DNA from: a candidate division FCPU426 bacterium
GTDB taxonomy: Bacteria; Oederibacteriota; Muellerivitia; Muellerivitales; Muellerivitaceae
Assembly: GCA_963847625.1 (NCBI GenBank)
Contig: CAWKAR010000026.1
Span: 1-64,000 of the forward strand
Reading direction: 5' to 3'
DNA: 64,000 bases
A program made the translations under genes and the position numbers. Numbering within the stretch: the first letter of the stretch is position 1; each line of letters begins with the position of its first letter. Shown here piece after piece: positions 31,345 through 42,048 of the stretch. Below the pieces are notes generated by a model, which saw only the letters and a program-made list of their open reading frames with translations, searched no databases and was not told the DNA's origin.

Positions 31345-32151
31345 TTATTTGATCGTGTGATCGCTCGGCGTGGTCGTTGAAATATGGAGGGTCCGGATGG
31401 CTTGCCGCGCGGCTAATTGCTCAGCTTCCTTTTTGCTTTTCCCCACGCCTACCCCAATGGTTTTCCCATTCACGCTGCAGGCCGCTTCGAAATTCCGGTT
31501 ATGGTCCGGTCCCCATTCCTTGACGACTTCATAATGGGGAGTTGTTTTCTGGGCTTTTTGGTAATGTTCCTGAAGAAGGGTTTTATGGTCCTTTTCCATC
31601 CGCCCTGAAAAGACATTTTCAACGTCTTCCCGAAGCAGTCCAAGGACTAGTTTGCGGGCGGCCGCCAGCCCGCCATTCAGGTAAACGGCCCCGATCACCG
31701 CCTCCAGGGAGTCGGCCAGGAGGGAGGGCCGTTTTTTCCCGCCGGACTTCTCCTCGCCTTTCCCCAGGAGAAGATAATCCCCGAGCTGGAGCCTCTGGGC
31801 TTTCTCGCTTAAAACTTCGGCACTGACAACCACACTTTTCACCTTGGAAAGTCCTCCCTCGGTGACTTCCGGGAAAGTTTCAAACACATACTGGCTGATG
31901 ACAAGCCCCAGAACGGAATCCCCCAAGAACTCTAATTTTTCATTATTCAACTGGGGGTCCATTTTGCGCTCGTAGGTATAGGATTTGTGGGTCAAGGCCT
32001 CGTTCAATAGCTTTCCATCGCCCATAGGGACCTTCAGGAATTTGGCCAGTAGTTTCAATTGGGCCGTGCGGTTTTTATCCTGGACTGGGAAAGCCGGGAA
32101 GGATGCGGCCTTTTTTTTAGGAATTAAACTTTTTAACAACGAGAGAGACAT
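31345..32151 (-). CDS. rnc: Ribonuclease III
   Basis: [19 protein letters not shown], dsRBD (KTLLQE...GPDH...SKKEAEQ). Start codon uncertain. Confidence 0.96.
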   Translation of the reverse strand: MSLSLLKSLIPKKKAASFPAFPVQDKNRTAQLKLLAKFLKVPMGDGKLLNEALTHKSYTYERKMDPQLNNEKLEFLGDSVLGLVISQYVFETFPEVTEGGLSKVKSVVVSAEVLSEKAQRLQLGDYLLLGKGEEKSGGKKRPSLLADSLEAVIGAVYLNGGLAAARKLVLGLLREDVENVFSGRMEKDHKTLLQEHYQKAQKTTPHYEVVKEWGPDHNRNFEAACSVNGKTIGVGVGKSKKEAEQLAARQAIRTLHISTTTPSDHTIK

Positions 32152-33361
32152 TGTGGCCGCCAAATCCGAGTGAATTGGAAAGACAAACCTTGACTGGTTG
32201 GATGCGTTTCTGGTTGGGGATGTAATCCAAATCGCAATCCGGATCCGGCGTATCGAGGTTGATGGTGGGCGGCAATACCCCTTCCTGGATGGCCAAGACG
32301 CAGGCGATAAATTCGATGCCCCCAGCCGCCCCTAAAAGATGTCCGGTGGTGGACTTGGTGGAGGATATTGCCACCTGGTAGGCCCGATCCTTGAAAACGG
32401 TTTTAATCGCCATGGTTTCAAACTTGTCGTTATAAAGCGTGGAGGTCCCATGGGCGTTGATGTAATCCACGTCGCCGGGTCCCAATTGGGCATCCCTGAG
32501 GGCCAGTTCCATTGACCTGGCGGCCCCTTCCCCGTTTTCCGCAGGGGTGGTCATATGGTAAGCGTCGCTGGTCATACCGTAACCGGCTGATTCCCCGTAA
32601 ATGCGCGCCCCCCGCGCTTGGGCGTGTTCCAATGATTCCAAAACGACAATCCCCGCCCCTTCACCCATCACAAACCCGGAGCGATTCTTGTCGAAAGGCC
32701 GGCTGGCCTTGGTGGGATGGTCGTTGCCATCCAGGCAAAGGGCGTTCATATTGGAAAAACCCGCGTAACCCAGTTCCGTGATGCAGGCTTCCGTCCCGCC
32801 GGCGATCACCACGTCCGCGTCCCCCTTCTGGATCCAACGCATGGCCTCGCCGATGGCGTGGGCTCCGGAAGCGCAGGCGGAAACAGTCGCAGTGTTCGGC
32901 CCCTGGGCCTGGAGATAGATGGAAACCATTCCCGGCGCCATGTTGATGATCATCATTGGTATCAGGAACGGGGATACTCTTTCCGGTCCCTTTTTCATCA
33001 AACGGGCGTGCTGTTCCACGAGAACGGGCAGGCCGCCGATGCCCGAGCCGATGAGAACCCCCACCCGGGCCTTGTCTTCCCGGTTCATGTCCAGTTTTGC
33101 GTCGGTCACGGCCTGGAGGCTCGCCGCCACTGCGAACTGGACGAAGAAGTCCATTTTTTTGATGTCTTTTTTCTGGATTCCAAACTGGACAGGATCGAAC
33201 CCCTTGACCTCGCCCCCGATCCGGCAGGGCAGCCGGGAGGGGTCAAAACGCGTGACCAAACCGATTCCGCTTCGGCCCTCGCATAGGCCCTTAAAAAAAT
33301 CGGTTGGATTATTTCCAACCGGGGTAATGGCGCCCAAGCCGGTGACGACGACCCGTTTCAA
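32117..33361 (-). CDS. fabF: 3-oxoacyl-ACP synthase II
   Basis: TTG start after [35 protein letters not shown]. Confidence 0.97.
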   Translation of the reverse strand: MKRVVVTGLGAITPVGNNPTDFFKGLCEGRSGIGLVTRFDPSRLPCRIGGEVKGFDPVQFGIQKKDIKKMDFFVQFAVAASLQAVTDAKLDMNREDKARVGVLIGSGIGGLPVLVEQHARLMKKGPERVSPFLIPMMIINMAPGMVSIYLQAQGPNTATVSACASGAHAIGEAMRWIQKGDADVVIAGGTEACITELGYAGFSNMNALCLDGNDHPTKASRPFDKNRSGFVMGEGAGIVVLESLEHAQARGARIYGESAGYGMTSDAYHMTTPAENGEGAARSMELALRDAQLGPGDVDYINAHGTSTLYNDKFETMAIKTVFKDRAYQVAISSTKSTTGHLLGAAGGIEFIACVLAIQEGVLPPTINLDTPDPDCDLDYIPNQKRIQPVKVCLSNSLGFGGHNVSLVVKKFNS

Positions 33362-33392
33362 AAGATCCTCCCGTGATTTTGAATCAAAAACC

Positions 33393-33629
33393 TTATTCCG
33401 ACGCCTTGGATTTGATGAAATTGATGGCGTCGCCGACGGTTTTGATTTTTTCGGCTTCCTCATCCGGGATTTCCAGGTCGAATTCCTCCTCGAAGGCCAT
33501 GACTAATTCCACTGTGTCCAGAGAGTCGGCCCCTAAATCGTCGATAAAGGAAGCCTCGGGTTTAACCTGCTCCGCCTCGACACCCAGTTGATCGACTATG
33601 ATTTCCTTCACCTTGTCTTCAATAGCCAT
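33393..33629 (-). CDS. acpP: Acyl carrier protein
   Basis: [12 protein letters not shown]. Confidence 0.98.
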   Translation of the reverse strand: MAIEDKVKEIIVDQLGVEAEQVKPEASFIDDLGADSLDTVELVMAFEEEFDLEIPDEEAEKIKTVGDAINFIKSKASE

Positions 33630-33704
33630 TTTCTCTATCCTCCATAAAATTAAACTTCTTTTTCCAGCGGCTGACTCTTCAACTACCGGAGCAAAGGCAA
33701 ACCC

Positions 33705-34442
33705 TTATATCACCATTCCCCCGTCAACGCAAATGACTTGTCCCGTTATATAGCGGGATTCCTCCGACGCTAAAAACAAGGCCAGATTGGCAATATCGCT
33801 TGTCTCCCCCAAAAAGCCGAGGGGAATCGCCTTTAACAATTCATCCTTGGCTTTGTCCGGAAGGGCCTTGGTCATGTCGGTCTGGATGAACCCGGGCGCG
33901 ATGGCGTTGCAATTGATATTCCGGCTGGCAAACTCCCGGGCCGTGGTCTTGGTCAGGCCGATGATTCCCGCCTTGCTGGCGGCGTAATTGGCCTGGCCCG
34001 CGTTCCCCCGAATCCCGATGATGGAGGCGATATTGATAATTTTTCCCTGGCGGGCCTTCATCATCGGCTTCACGAAGGCCCGGGTCGCCAAAAAGGTGCC
34101 CTTGAGGTTGACGGCGATCACGTCGTCCCAATCTTGATCGCTCATTCGGACAAGCAGGTTGTCCTTGGTGATGCCGGCGTTGTTGACCAGGATATCGACC
34201 TTCCCGAAGGTTTCCATTACTTTTTCCGCGAAACCCTCCAGCTCATCCGACTTGGTGACGTTGACCGTGACCGTGAGCGTTTTGGCCCCGAGCTGTTCAA
34301 TTTCCCGGGCGGTCTCCGGCATGGTCGTCTCAATGCCCCCGAGGGCGATCGAAGCCCCGTTCCTTGCCATTTCCATGGCGATGGCCTTCCCGATACCTCT
34401 TCCCCCGCCCGTAATGACGGCGACTTTGTCTTTGAGTTTCAT
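33705..34442 (-). CDS. fabG: 3-oxoacyl-ACP reductase
   Basis: Start MKLKDK overlaps the fabD stop; TGGGRGIG, NNAGITKD, YAASKAG. Confidence 0.97.
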   Translation of the reverse strand: MKLKDKVAVITGGGRGIGKAIAMEMARNGASIALGGIETTMPETAREIEQLGAKTLTVTVNVTKSDELEGFAEKVMETFGKVDILVNNAGITKDNLLVRMSDQDWDDVIAVNLKGTFLATRAFVKPMMKARQGKIINIASIIGIRGNAGQANYAASKAGIIGLTKTTAREFASRNINCNAIAPGFIQTDMTKALPDKAKDELLKAIPLGFLGETSDIANLALFLASEESRYITGQVICVDGGMVI

Positions 34443-35374
34443 GCTCCCCCTCCCAATGCGTGAATGGTTGCAACGTTTCCGGCGTTCTGGATGGAAGCGC
34501 CCACGACGATTTTCCGGATTAATCCGCCGAGGACCTGCCCCGGCCCCACCTCGACGAATCGGTTGAAACCGTCCCGCGACATCGCCGCGATAGTCTTGAC
34601 CCACTGGACAGGCGCGGTCAACTGCCGCACCAGGCTTTCGCGGATCCTGTCCGGGTCCTCCAGGACCGCGGCGTCGATATCCGAGTAGTAAGCAGCCTTC
34701 GGCCTGGAAAAGTCAACCCGATGGATTAAATCGCGGAAAACCCCGGCCGCGGGTCCCATCAGGCTGCTATGAAACGGCCCGCTGACCGCTAATTCCATGG
34801 CCCGCTTGGCGCCTAAGGCTTTGGCTCTCGCGCAGGCATCCAGGACCGCAGTTTTTTCGCCAGAAATGACGATTTGACCCGGGCTGTTGACGTTGGCGGC
34901 TTCCACCACTCCCAAGCAGGACGCTTCCCGGCAGGCTTGCCGGACTTTTTCCTCGTCCAGACCCAGCACGGCCGCCATGGTTCCCTTGCCTTGGCCCGTG
35001 GCTTCCATCAGCTCGCCGCGCCTGCGGACCAAGCGGACACCATCCTCGAATGACAGGGATTCGGCCGCCACCAAGGCGCTATAGGCGCCCAGGCTGTGTC
35101 CCGCCACCGCGTGAAAAGGAAAACCGTTATCCCTCATCAGTGAGAAAGCCGCCAGGGAGACCACCAGGATGGCCGGCTGGGTGATGGCGGTTTTTTTCAA
35201 CTCCTCCGCCGGCCCCTCAAAGCAATTCTTGGAAAGGCTGAATCCCAGGATGGAATCCGCTTTTTCAAAGAGGCTCCTGATGGCGGGATAAGCTTCATAT
35301 AAATCCTTCCCCATTCCGACAGATTGGGATCCCTGGCCCGGAAAAACCAAGGCGGTTTTATTCGATGCTACCAT
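34439..35374 (-). CDS. fabD: Malonyl-CoA:ACP transacylase
   Basis: FPGQGSQ, GHSLG, SGPFHS. Confidence 0.97.
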   Translation of the reverse strand: MVASNKTALVFPGQGSQSVGMGKDLYEAYPAIRSLFEKADSILGFSLSKNCFEGPAEELKKTAITQPAILVVSLAAFSLMRDNGFPFHAVAGHSLGAYSALVAAESLSFEDGVRLVRRRGELMEATGQGKGTMAAVLGLDEEKVRQACREASCLGVVEAANVNSPGQIVISGEKTAVLDACARAKALGAKRAMELAVSGPFHSSLMGPAAGVFRDLIHRVDFSRPKAAYYSDIDAAVLEDPDRIRESLVRQLTAPVQWVKTIAAMSRDGFNRFVEVGPGQVLGGLIRKIVVGASIQNAGNVATIHALGGGA

Positions 35375-36360
35375 TTCAACACCGAGGAGGCCAGGGTCAG
35401 GCCGCCACCAAAAGCCACCAGGGCGATATATTCGCCCTTTTTAATCCTCCCTTTTTTCAAGGCCTCATCCAAGGCGATGCCGATGGAGGCGGATGAAACA
35501 TTGCCCACCCGGTCGATGTTGATGAACATTTTTTCCGGTGGCAGGCCCAGATGTTCAGCGGTGGCCACCATAATCCGGCTGTTGGCCTGGTGCGGGATGA
35601 CCAGGGAAATCTGTTCCATTTTCACCTGGGCCCGCTTGGCGGCCTCCAGGGTCGCCTCCGTCATGAGGCGGACGGCGATCTTGAAAACTTCCCTTCCGGC
35701 CATTTTCAGATAGTGAAACCTTTGATCTAAGGTTTCCGGGGTCGGGGGGAACTTGGAACCGCCGCCGGGGATGGACAAGAGTTCAGCCTGGCTTCCGTTG
35801 GCGGCGAGATAGGTCGAAAGGATTTCATGCTCCCCTTCCGGCACTTCCCCGAGGATGGCGGCGCCAGCCCCGTCCCCGAATAAAACGCAGGTGGAACGGT
35901 CCTTCCAATCCGTGAATGCGGTGAGTTTTTCGGCCCCGACCAGGAGAATGCGCCGGTAGGTGCCGGATTCAACAAAGCTTTTGGCGATCGTTAGGCCGTA
36001 GATAAAGCCGGAGCAGGCCGCGGAAATGTCGAAGGCCGCCGCCTGGAAGGCGCCGAGCTTGTTTTGTACGAAGCAGGAAGCGGCCGGCGTCGGCATGTCG
36101 GGGGTGATGGTGGCCACCAAAATAAGGTCCAGGTCCGTGGCCTGGAGCCCGGCGTCCGCCAGGGCTTTGAGGGCAGCCCCGGTGGCCATGTCTGAGGTGG
36201 TCTGCCCGGCGGCGGCGATATGGCGTTCGCGGATTCCGGTCCGGGTCACGATCCACTCGTCGGAAGTATCCACCATTTTTTCCAGGTCGTGGTTGGTCAG
36301 CACCTTTTCCGGCAGGTAGGAACCCGTTCCCAGGATCCCGCATCGGATTTTATTGTTCAC
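35368..36360 (-). CDS. fabH: 3-oxoacyl-ACP synthase III
   Basis: AACSGF, PHQAN, GNVSSAS. Confidence 0.97.
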   Translation of the reverse strand: MNNKIRCGILGTGSYLPEKVLTNHDLEKMVDTSDEWIVTRTGIRERHIAAAGQTTSDMATGAALKALADAGLQATDLDLILVATITPDMPTPAASCFVQNKLGAFQAAAFDISAACSGFIYGLTIAKSFVESGTYRRILLVGAEKLTAFTDWKDRSTCVLFGDGAGAAILGEVPEGEHEILSTYLAANGSQAELLSIPGGGSKFPPTPETLDQRFHYLKMAGREVFKIAVRLMTEATLEAAKRAQVKMEQISLVIPHQANSRIMVATAEHLGLPPEKMFINIDRVGNVSSASIGIALDEALKKGRIKKGEYIALVAFGGGLTLASSVLKW

Positions 36361-37424
36361 TTGGCCTCCCCGTTTTGGGGTTTGGATTCGATTTTGTCGG
36401 CGACTTGGCCGTATTGGGTAATCTTATCCTTGAGCAATTTGTTCATATTCCCCTTCACGCCCCGCATAGTGGCCTTCACCGCGTTTTTAACGGCCAAGGC
36501 GTTTGATTTGCCGTGGCAAATCAGGCTGAAGCCGTCAATTCCCAGCAGGGGAGCGCCCCCGTATTCCTTGTAATCGATGCTTCGTTTGAACCTCCGGAAA
36601 GCCGGACCAGCCAGAATCCCTCCCAAGAGGGTGAAAAGGTTCGAATTCATCTCTTTTTTCAAGAGGTCATAAACCAGTTCCCCGACTCCCTCGATGGCCT
36701 TGAGGATTACGTTGCCGACGAAACCGTCGCAAACGGTCACGTCGCAGTTTCCGTTGACGATGTCCCGTCCCTCGACGTTCCCGATATAGTTGAGGGGGGT
36801 CTTTTTCAAGAGGGTCTGGGCCTCGAACACCAGCTCGTTTCCCTTGGTTTCCTCCTCGCCGATGGAAAGAAGGCCTACCCTCGGGTTCTTGAAGTTCAAG
36901 AGGGTCCGGGCGAAAACGTCGCCCATGAGCGCGAATTGGAGAAGGTGCTTGGCCTTGCAGTCTACATTAGCCCCCGCGTCGACCAAAACGCTGACTCCAT
37001 TCATGCTCGGTACCATCGTAACGATGGCGGGCCGGTAAACACCGTCAATCCTTCCGCAGGTCAACAGGGCCGACGCCATGGTGGCGCCGGAGTTTCCGGC
37101 CGAAATGCAGGCATCCGCTTCCTTCCGCTTCACCAGTTCCGAACAGCGCACGATGGAGGAATCCCTTTTCTGTTTGCAAGCCTGGGCCGGGCTCTCCCCC
37201 ATTTCCACGATTTCCCGGGCATCCACGAGGGTGAGGCCGTGAGGCGAGGAACCCCCATGCCGTGAAATTTCTTTTTGAATGTCTTCCTTGCGGCCAACCA
37301 GGAGTATTTCGAGGTCTTGTCCGGCTATTTTCTGGGTTTCGGGATCCTGGAGGGCCAAGACGGCGCCCTGGACGGTTTCCCGGGGGGCCAAATCACCGCC
37401 CATCGCGTCGATAGCGATTTTCAT
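36357..37424 (-). CDS. plsX: Phosphate acyltransferase
   Basis: IAIDAMGGD, SAGNSGA, DGFVGNV. Confidence 0.97.
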   Translation of the reverse strand: MKIAIDAMGGDLAPRETVQGAVLALQDPETQKIAGQDLEILLVGRKEDIQKEISRHGGSSPHGLTLVDAREIVEMGESPAQACKQKRDSSIVRCSELVKRKEADACISAGNSGATMASALLTCGRIDGVYRPAIVTMVPSMNGVSVLVDAGANVDCKAKHLLQFALMGDVFARTLLNFKNPRVGLLSIGEEETKGNELVFEAQTLLKKTPLNYIGNVEGRDIVNGNCDVTVCDGFVGNVILKAIEGVGELVYDLLKKEMNSNLFTLLGGILAGPAFRRFKRSIDYKEYGGAPLLGIDGFSLICHGKSNALAVKNAVKATMRGVKGNMNKLLKDKITQYGQVADKIESKPQNGEAK

Positions 37425-37436
37425 ATCGGAGGATTT

Positions 37437-37619
37437 TTAAGCGATTTCAACGCTGATAACTTCTTTGCCCTTGTAAAAACCGCAGGTGGGACAGACGCGG
37501 TGGGGCAGTTTCGCGCTTTTACATTGGGGGCAAACCGAGAGGGACTTGCTCTTGATTTTCCAGTTGGTCCGGCGCTTGTCCCGGCGCTGGCGGGAATGTC
37601 GTCGTTTAGGATTAGCCAT
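37437..37619 (-). CDS. rpmF: 50S ribosomal protein L32
   Basis: MANPKRRHS...CPQC...HRVCPTCGFY. Confidence 0.97.
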   Translation of the reverse strand: MANPKRRHSRQRRDKRRTNWKIKSKSLSVCPQCKSAKLPHRVCPTCGFYKGKEVISVEIA

Positions 37620-37691
37620 GATAACCTCCAAATTTAAAACCGGATGGGCCGGGATCCCCAGCCTTCGAATCCGCTTATTCCGATGATAACC

Positions 37692-38216
37692 TCAAAAGGG
37701 TTTCCAATTCCGCAAGGTATCCCACCGCGAATCGGATGGGGACTCCGCGCACCCGCAGGAATCAACATTTCTATCGCAACCGCACTTCGGGCAAAGGCCC
37801 CGGCAGTCCTCCCTGCAGAGAACCCGCATGGGGATCGAAAGCAGGATCGTCTGCCGGATTTCATCGGCAAAGTCCAGGACGTCGCCCTCGAAAAAAACGG
37901 TTTCGACCTCGTCCGGGCCCTCAAAAACCTCACCCGCCTGGTGTTGAAAGTCGCTCCGGTGGCGGTAATGGATTTCAAAAAAAGACTTAAAAAAATTCTC
38001 GAATTTCTTAAGGCACCGGTCGCATTCCAAAAACATCCCGCCCGAAACCCAACCTTTGGCTGAAATCACGTCCCCGTTCTTGGAAACCTCGCAATGGATT
38101 TCCAGGGGGCCTGACTTCAAATCGGGAGATAATTGGATCCCCAGGGCTTCGGCCGGAGCTTTTTCCTCAAGAACGAGGTCTTTCCGTTCGAGAGAGCGCA
38201 ACTCCACCTTCAGCAT
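37692..38216 (-). CDS. yceD: YceD/DUF177 metal-binding protein
   Basis: CDRCL; LCREDCRGLCPKCG; position upstream of rpmF. Confidence 0.92.
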   Translation of the reverse strand: MLKVELRSLERKDLVLEEKAPAEALGIQLSPDLKSGPLEIHCEVSKNGDVISAKGWVSGGMFLECDRCLKKFENFFKSFFEIHYRHRSDFQHQAGEVFEGPDEVETVFFEGDVLDFADEIRQTILLSIPMRVLCREDCRGLCPKCGCDRNVDSCGCAESPSDSRWDTLRNWKPF

Positions 38217-38704
38217 CTCTGCGCCTCCCCTTCCCTAAAAAACGTCATCCTCGCTTCCGCTTTCCAACAACCGGGCTTTAAAACCAAAATCCCGTTGAAA
38301 AAGGAATTTGAGGTCAACGAAGGATAAGAAAACTCATCTTATCTTTTCAAGGATAAAATAAGTAAAAAAAGAAGCCGCGCCGATTATAGGAATCCCCGAC
38401 TTTCAGTGTCAAGAAAATACCCGGTTTTTCCAGGCTTCCCCTCTATTTTTCTATCTGTTGTTGCAAAATGTTATTTGTGAAACTATTCGCTTTCATCCGG
38501 GAACTGAAAAAACCACTTATATGGAGTTGAAATTTTTAAATGATGTTTTATCGCGAAGGTTTGTAATGCGGAAAAACAAAAAACATCCCCTCGACGCGGC
38601 CTGGCATGCTGAAAACGAACAGGAATTTGATCTTTCCGAGATGTCCGGGAAAGCCGGCTTCTTCGATTAAAATATTTTCGCCATTATGAATGACAACAAA
38701 ATAT

Positions 38705-39193
38705 TCAAGGGCCGTATATCTTCCGCAATCCCTTTTCCACCACGGCGGGGACGAATCCCTTCACATTCCCGCCCAAACACGCGACTTCCTTGATGGCGCT
38801 GGAGGAAAGAAAGATGAATTTCTCGTTCGGAACCAGGAAAACCACCTCGATGTCGGATAAAAGGCTCCGATTGATAAGCGCCATTTGGAACTCATGCTCG
38901 AAATCAGAGACGGCCCGCAAGCCCCGAAAAATGATGTTGGCTTTGATTTGGCGGGCGTAATCCACCAGGAGCCCGTTGAAGGAGGAAATGATGACGCGGG
39001 GCAGGTGGCGGGTTGTTTCTTTTAGGAAACGCATCCTATCCTCCACCGGGAAAAGGACCGTTTTTGCCGGATTAGCCACCACCGAAACATAGAGTTCATC
39101 GCACAGCTCAAAGGCCCTGCCGGCGATGTCCAAGTGGCCGAATGTGACGGGATCGAAGGATCCGGGGTAGAGTCCGATGGTCTTTTTTCCCAC
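38705..39193 (-). CDS. coaD: Phosphopantetheine adenylyltransferase
   Basis: YPGSFDPVTFGH, RGLRAVSDFE. Confidence 0.97.
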   Translation of the reverse strand: MGKKTIGLYPGSFDPVTFGHLDIAGRAFELCDELYVSVVANPAKTVLFPVEDRMRFLKETTRHLPRVIISSFNGLLVDYARQIKANIIFRGLRAVSDFEHEFQMALINRSLLSDIEVVFLVPNEKFIFLSSSAIKEVACLGGNVKGFVPAVVEKGLRKIYGP

Positions 39194-39213
39194 TGTGTCT
39201 TTCCTTTCCGGGT

Positions 39214-39804
39214 TTAAACGGTTTCGGGCGGCTGGGCCGCCCCGGGATTCTTAAAAAGGCTCAATAACGTATCCCCGTATTTCTTCTGGCGCACCAGGGG
39301 ATAAGGGAAATCCAGGGCCAGTTCAGTATCCTTGGCGCCATGCTCAATAGCAAGGATCCCCCCTTCCCGGAGGATGGGATACTGCATAAGCAGGTGTTGG
39401 ATGCGTTTGAAAATCCCGACTTCATAGGGCGGATCGGCTATTAGAATATCAAATTTCCTTCCCTCTTGATGGAACAAATAAAAAGCTCTTGAAACCTCAG
39501 CCGGCAAAATACGGATGTTGTTTTGCCGGTCCTTCGGGTTGATTCCAAGGCCCTGGAGATTTTCCCGGATGAGTTTCAGGCTTTCGAAAGCCTTCTCCAC
39601 GAACACCACTTCCAAGGCCCCCCGGCTGATGGCCTCGAGGCCCAAATTCCCCGTGCCGGAATAAAAGTCGACCACCGTACAGCCCGCCAGGGGCTCCAAC
39701 ATATTGAACAAGGCGCCTTTCACCTTGTCCCCCGTTGGCCTGATTTTCATGTTCTTGGGGGCCTTCACCGTCCGGCTTTTATATTTTCCCGCGATGATGC
39801 GCAT
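39214..39804 (-). CDS. rsmD: 16S rRNA m2G966 methyltransferase
   Basis: MRIIAG, RPT, DFYSGTG, DPPY. Confidence 0.95.
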   Translation of the reverse strand: MRIIAGKYKSRTVKAPKNMKIRPTGDKVKGALFNMLEPLAGCTVVDFYSGTGNLGLEAISRGALEVVFVEKAFESLKLIRENLQGLGINPKDRQNNIRILPAEVSRAFYLFHQEGRKFDILIADPPYEVGIFKRIQHLLMQYPILREGGILAIEHGAKDTELALDFPYPLVRQKKYGDTLLSLFKNPGAAQPPETV

Positions 39805-39942
39805 GTAAATTCCTTCAACCAGGATCCCTGCAGCTTCTGGACTAGACCGTCCATCCCGGATCAATCCCATCCGTTTGAAATAAGGGTTGAATCAGTAATT
39901 CAGAGATTATGTTTTTTTGCCCACCCGGAACCGGGCCGGAAA

Positions 39943-41913
39943 TTACTCGGGCCCTTTCTCTACCACCTTGGCCCGAAAGGGTGAAACGGGAAGGCCGTTT
40001 TTACCGATCAGGTTACAAATGGGATTATCCCCCCATGCGTATCGGACGGCTTTCGGTTCGGCAATACCATCGTTCCAGACAATCACGGTATCGTTCTGGA
40101 TCTCGCCCTTTGCCCATTGGAATTTGCCGTCCGCACCCGCCAGGGCGAAACCCTTGACGGATCCGCCTCCGCTTAATTTCAATCCATCTTCGGCGTTCTT
40201 GAAACACACGCGGATTTTTTTTCCTTCCACGGCCGCGGAATCGTAAAGCGGGCTTAATAACGGGCCGCTCACGCCGTAGGCCGTATGCAGGGCGGCCAAG
40301 GCCATCCGGTATCCCACGTCGGTTTTATTTCTTGGGTGAATGTCATTGGCCTCGCCCAGATCGATGAGCACGGCCATTCCCGTGTTCGGAACCGCGAGCG
40401 TCATAAACTGTTGTTCCCTCAACTCGGCCCAATGGCTGTCTTCGGGTTGTGGCTTGACCGCCATAAAGTTTGGCAGCTGCGCGAAAATAAAGGGCAACTC
40501 CGGTTCGTTCCAGGCCTCCCTCCAGCCCTTGATCATGGACGCCAGGAGAGGATGGTATTCTTTCGCCCGGCCGGTGTTCTGCTCGCCCTGGTACCAAATC
40601 ACCCCCCGGATGGCAAAAGGAACGAAGGGGTGGATCATCGCGTTATAAAGCTGGGCCGGAATTTCCACCATGGGTTGGGGGTCGATCCCGAAGAACAGGT
40701 TCTGGATGGAACCGGGTGTGAAGAGGCGGGGTTTCCCCCATCCCGATTGTTTCAACGAATAAAAGGGGATGCGATAAGGCTTCCATTTTTCCCCGGTGCT
40801 GAAAGCCGCCGTCCTGTAGTTATCCCAATCCGTTATAGAGGGCTGGGAAAGGAAAAGAATGTATTTGCCCTTGCCTTTTCCGTAAAACTCGATGGCCTCG
40901 AAATCCGAAAGGTTGACGGGTTTCCCATCCGTCCCCAAGGGCGTAGTCACCCATCCCCAAGCGTCGGGCAGGAGTCGCCCCGTCATGTGCCCCAGCGGCC
41001 CGGGCGCGGGTCCTTCCCGATTTACCGATGAAATATTGATATTGGAGCCGTCCTTGATGCCGGCGGACCAGACCCCCGGGATGTTTTTATCCTGGGGCCC
41101 GGAGGCAGCCGCGTCGAACCGCACGGTCATGGGTGTTTGGGAAGAATCCCGGGGCAAAAAGCGCAGTCCCGAGACCCAGAAATCCGCCTTGAAACCGCCT
41201 TCGTCCCATATCTTTCTTTCCCAAATGGGTTTTTCGGTCCACCTTTCCCACGCGTGTTGGCAAGCGGGGTCCTGCCGCAGGATGCTTTCTGGAATCCAGC
41301 TCTCGATAAAGGTGCCCCCCCAGCAGCTCTCGATGAGGCCCACGGGCACATCCAGTTTTTTCCGAAGATTGAGGCCGAAGTGGTAAGCCACGGCGGAGAA
41401 ATCCCTCACGGTTTCGGGAGTGCAAACCCTCCACTCGCCCTGGGGAGTATCCAGGGGTTTGGGCGATGTGAGAAGCTTTTGCTTGAACAGACGGATTTTG
41501 GAATCCGTGGCCTTGGGTAGGGTCTTGGCGGCATCATGGGTGAGGAACATCGGGAATTCCATGTTGGACTGTCCGGACCCGACCCAAACCTCGCCCACTA
41601 AAACATCCTCGATTTCCACTGACGAGGATCCCTGGATCGACATCTCATAAGGCCCGCCGGCCTGGAGGGGCATTAATTCGATTTTCCACTGTCCCTGCGC
41701 ATCGGCTTCACCGGAAGCGGATTCGCCGGCCATGGAAACCACGACCGTTTGTCCGGGCTGGTCCTTTCCCCAAACCGCGGCGGGTTTCCCGGCCTGGATC
41801 ACCATATGGTCCCCGATCAGGGAAGGCAATTCTAAAGCCGCCCAGGAAGGCGCCGTGATGGCGCATAAAACAGTGGTTTTCAGCCCGGCTGAAAAATATT
41901 TTCGAAGGCCCAT
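39943..41913 (-). CDS. Secreted sialate O-acetylesterase (SASA) with an inserted CBM11/CIA30-like domain
   Basis: GEVWVGSGQSNM, IWYQGE, DIHPRNK; insert NLSDFEAIEFYGKG...WKPYRIPF. Confidence 0.85.
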   Translation of the reverse strand: MGLRKYFSAGLKTTVLCAITAPSWAALELPSLIGDHMVIQAGKPAAVWGKDQPGQTVVVSMAGESASGEADAQGQWKIELMPLQAGGPYEMSIQGSSSVEIEDVLVGEVWVGSGQSNMEFPMFLTHDAAKTLPKATDSKIRLFKQKLLTSPKPLDTPQGEWRVCTPETVRDFSAVAYHFGLNLRKKLDVPVGLIESCWGGTFIESWIPESILRQDPACQHAWERWTEKPIWERKIWDEGGFKADFWVSGLRFLPRDSSQTPMTVRFDAAASGPQDKNIPGVWSAGIKDGSNINISSVNREGPAPGPLGHMTGRLLPDAWGWVTTPLGTDGKPVNLSDFEAIEFYGKGKGKYILFLSQPSITDWDNYRTAAFSTGEKWKPYRIPFYSLKQSGWGKPRLFTPGSIQNLFFGIDPQPMVEIPAQLYNAMIHPFVPFAIRGVIWYQGEQNTGRAKEYHPLLASMIKGWREAWNEPELPFIFAQLPNFMAVKPQPEDSHWAELREQQFMTLAVPNTGMAVLIDLGEANDIHPRNKTDVGYRMALAALHTAYGVSGPLLSPLYDSAAVEGKKIRVCFKNAEDGLKLSGGGSVKGFALAGADGKFQWAKGEIQNDTVIVWNDGIAEPKAVRYAWGDNPICNLIGKNGLPVSPFRAKVVEKGPE

Positions 41914-42048
41914 AACGGCTCCTTAAGAATTGTGGGAATGGCTCCCTGAGAGATCCAATCTACACAATTCGGAGGCGGTATTTCATGAAAAATAATAACA
42001 CGGGGGTCGTATTAGACGAAAACAAGTTGGGCTTTGGGGATCTACTCT

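Noticed and set aside
38458..38670. Small plus-strand ORF between yceD and coaD
   Set aside because: No recognisable family or clear RBS; cannot be supported.
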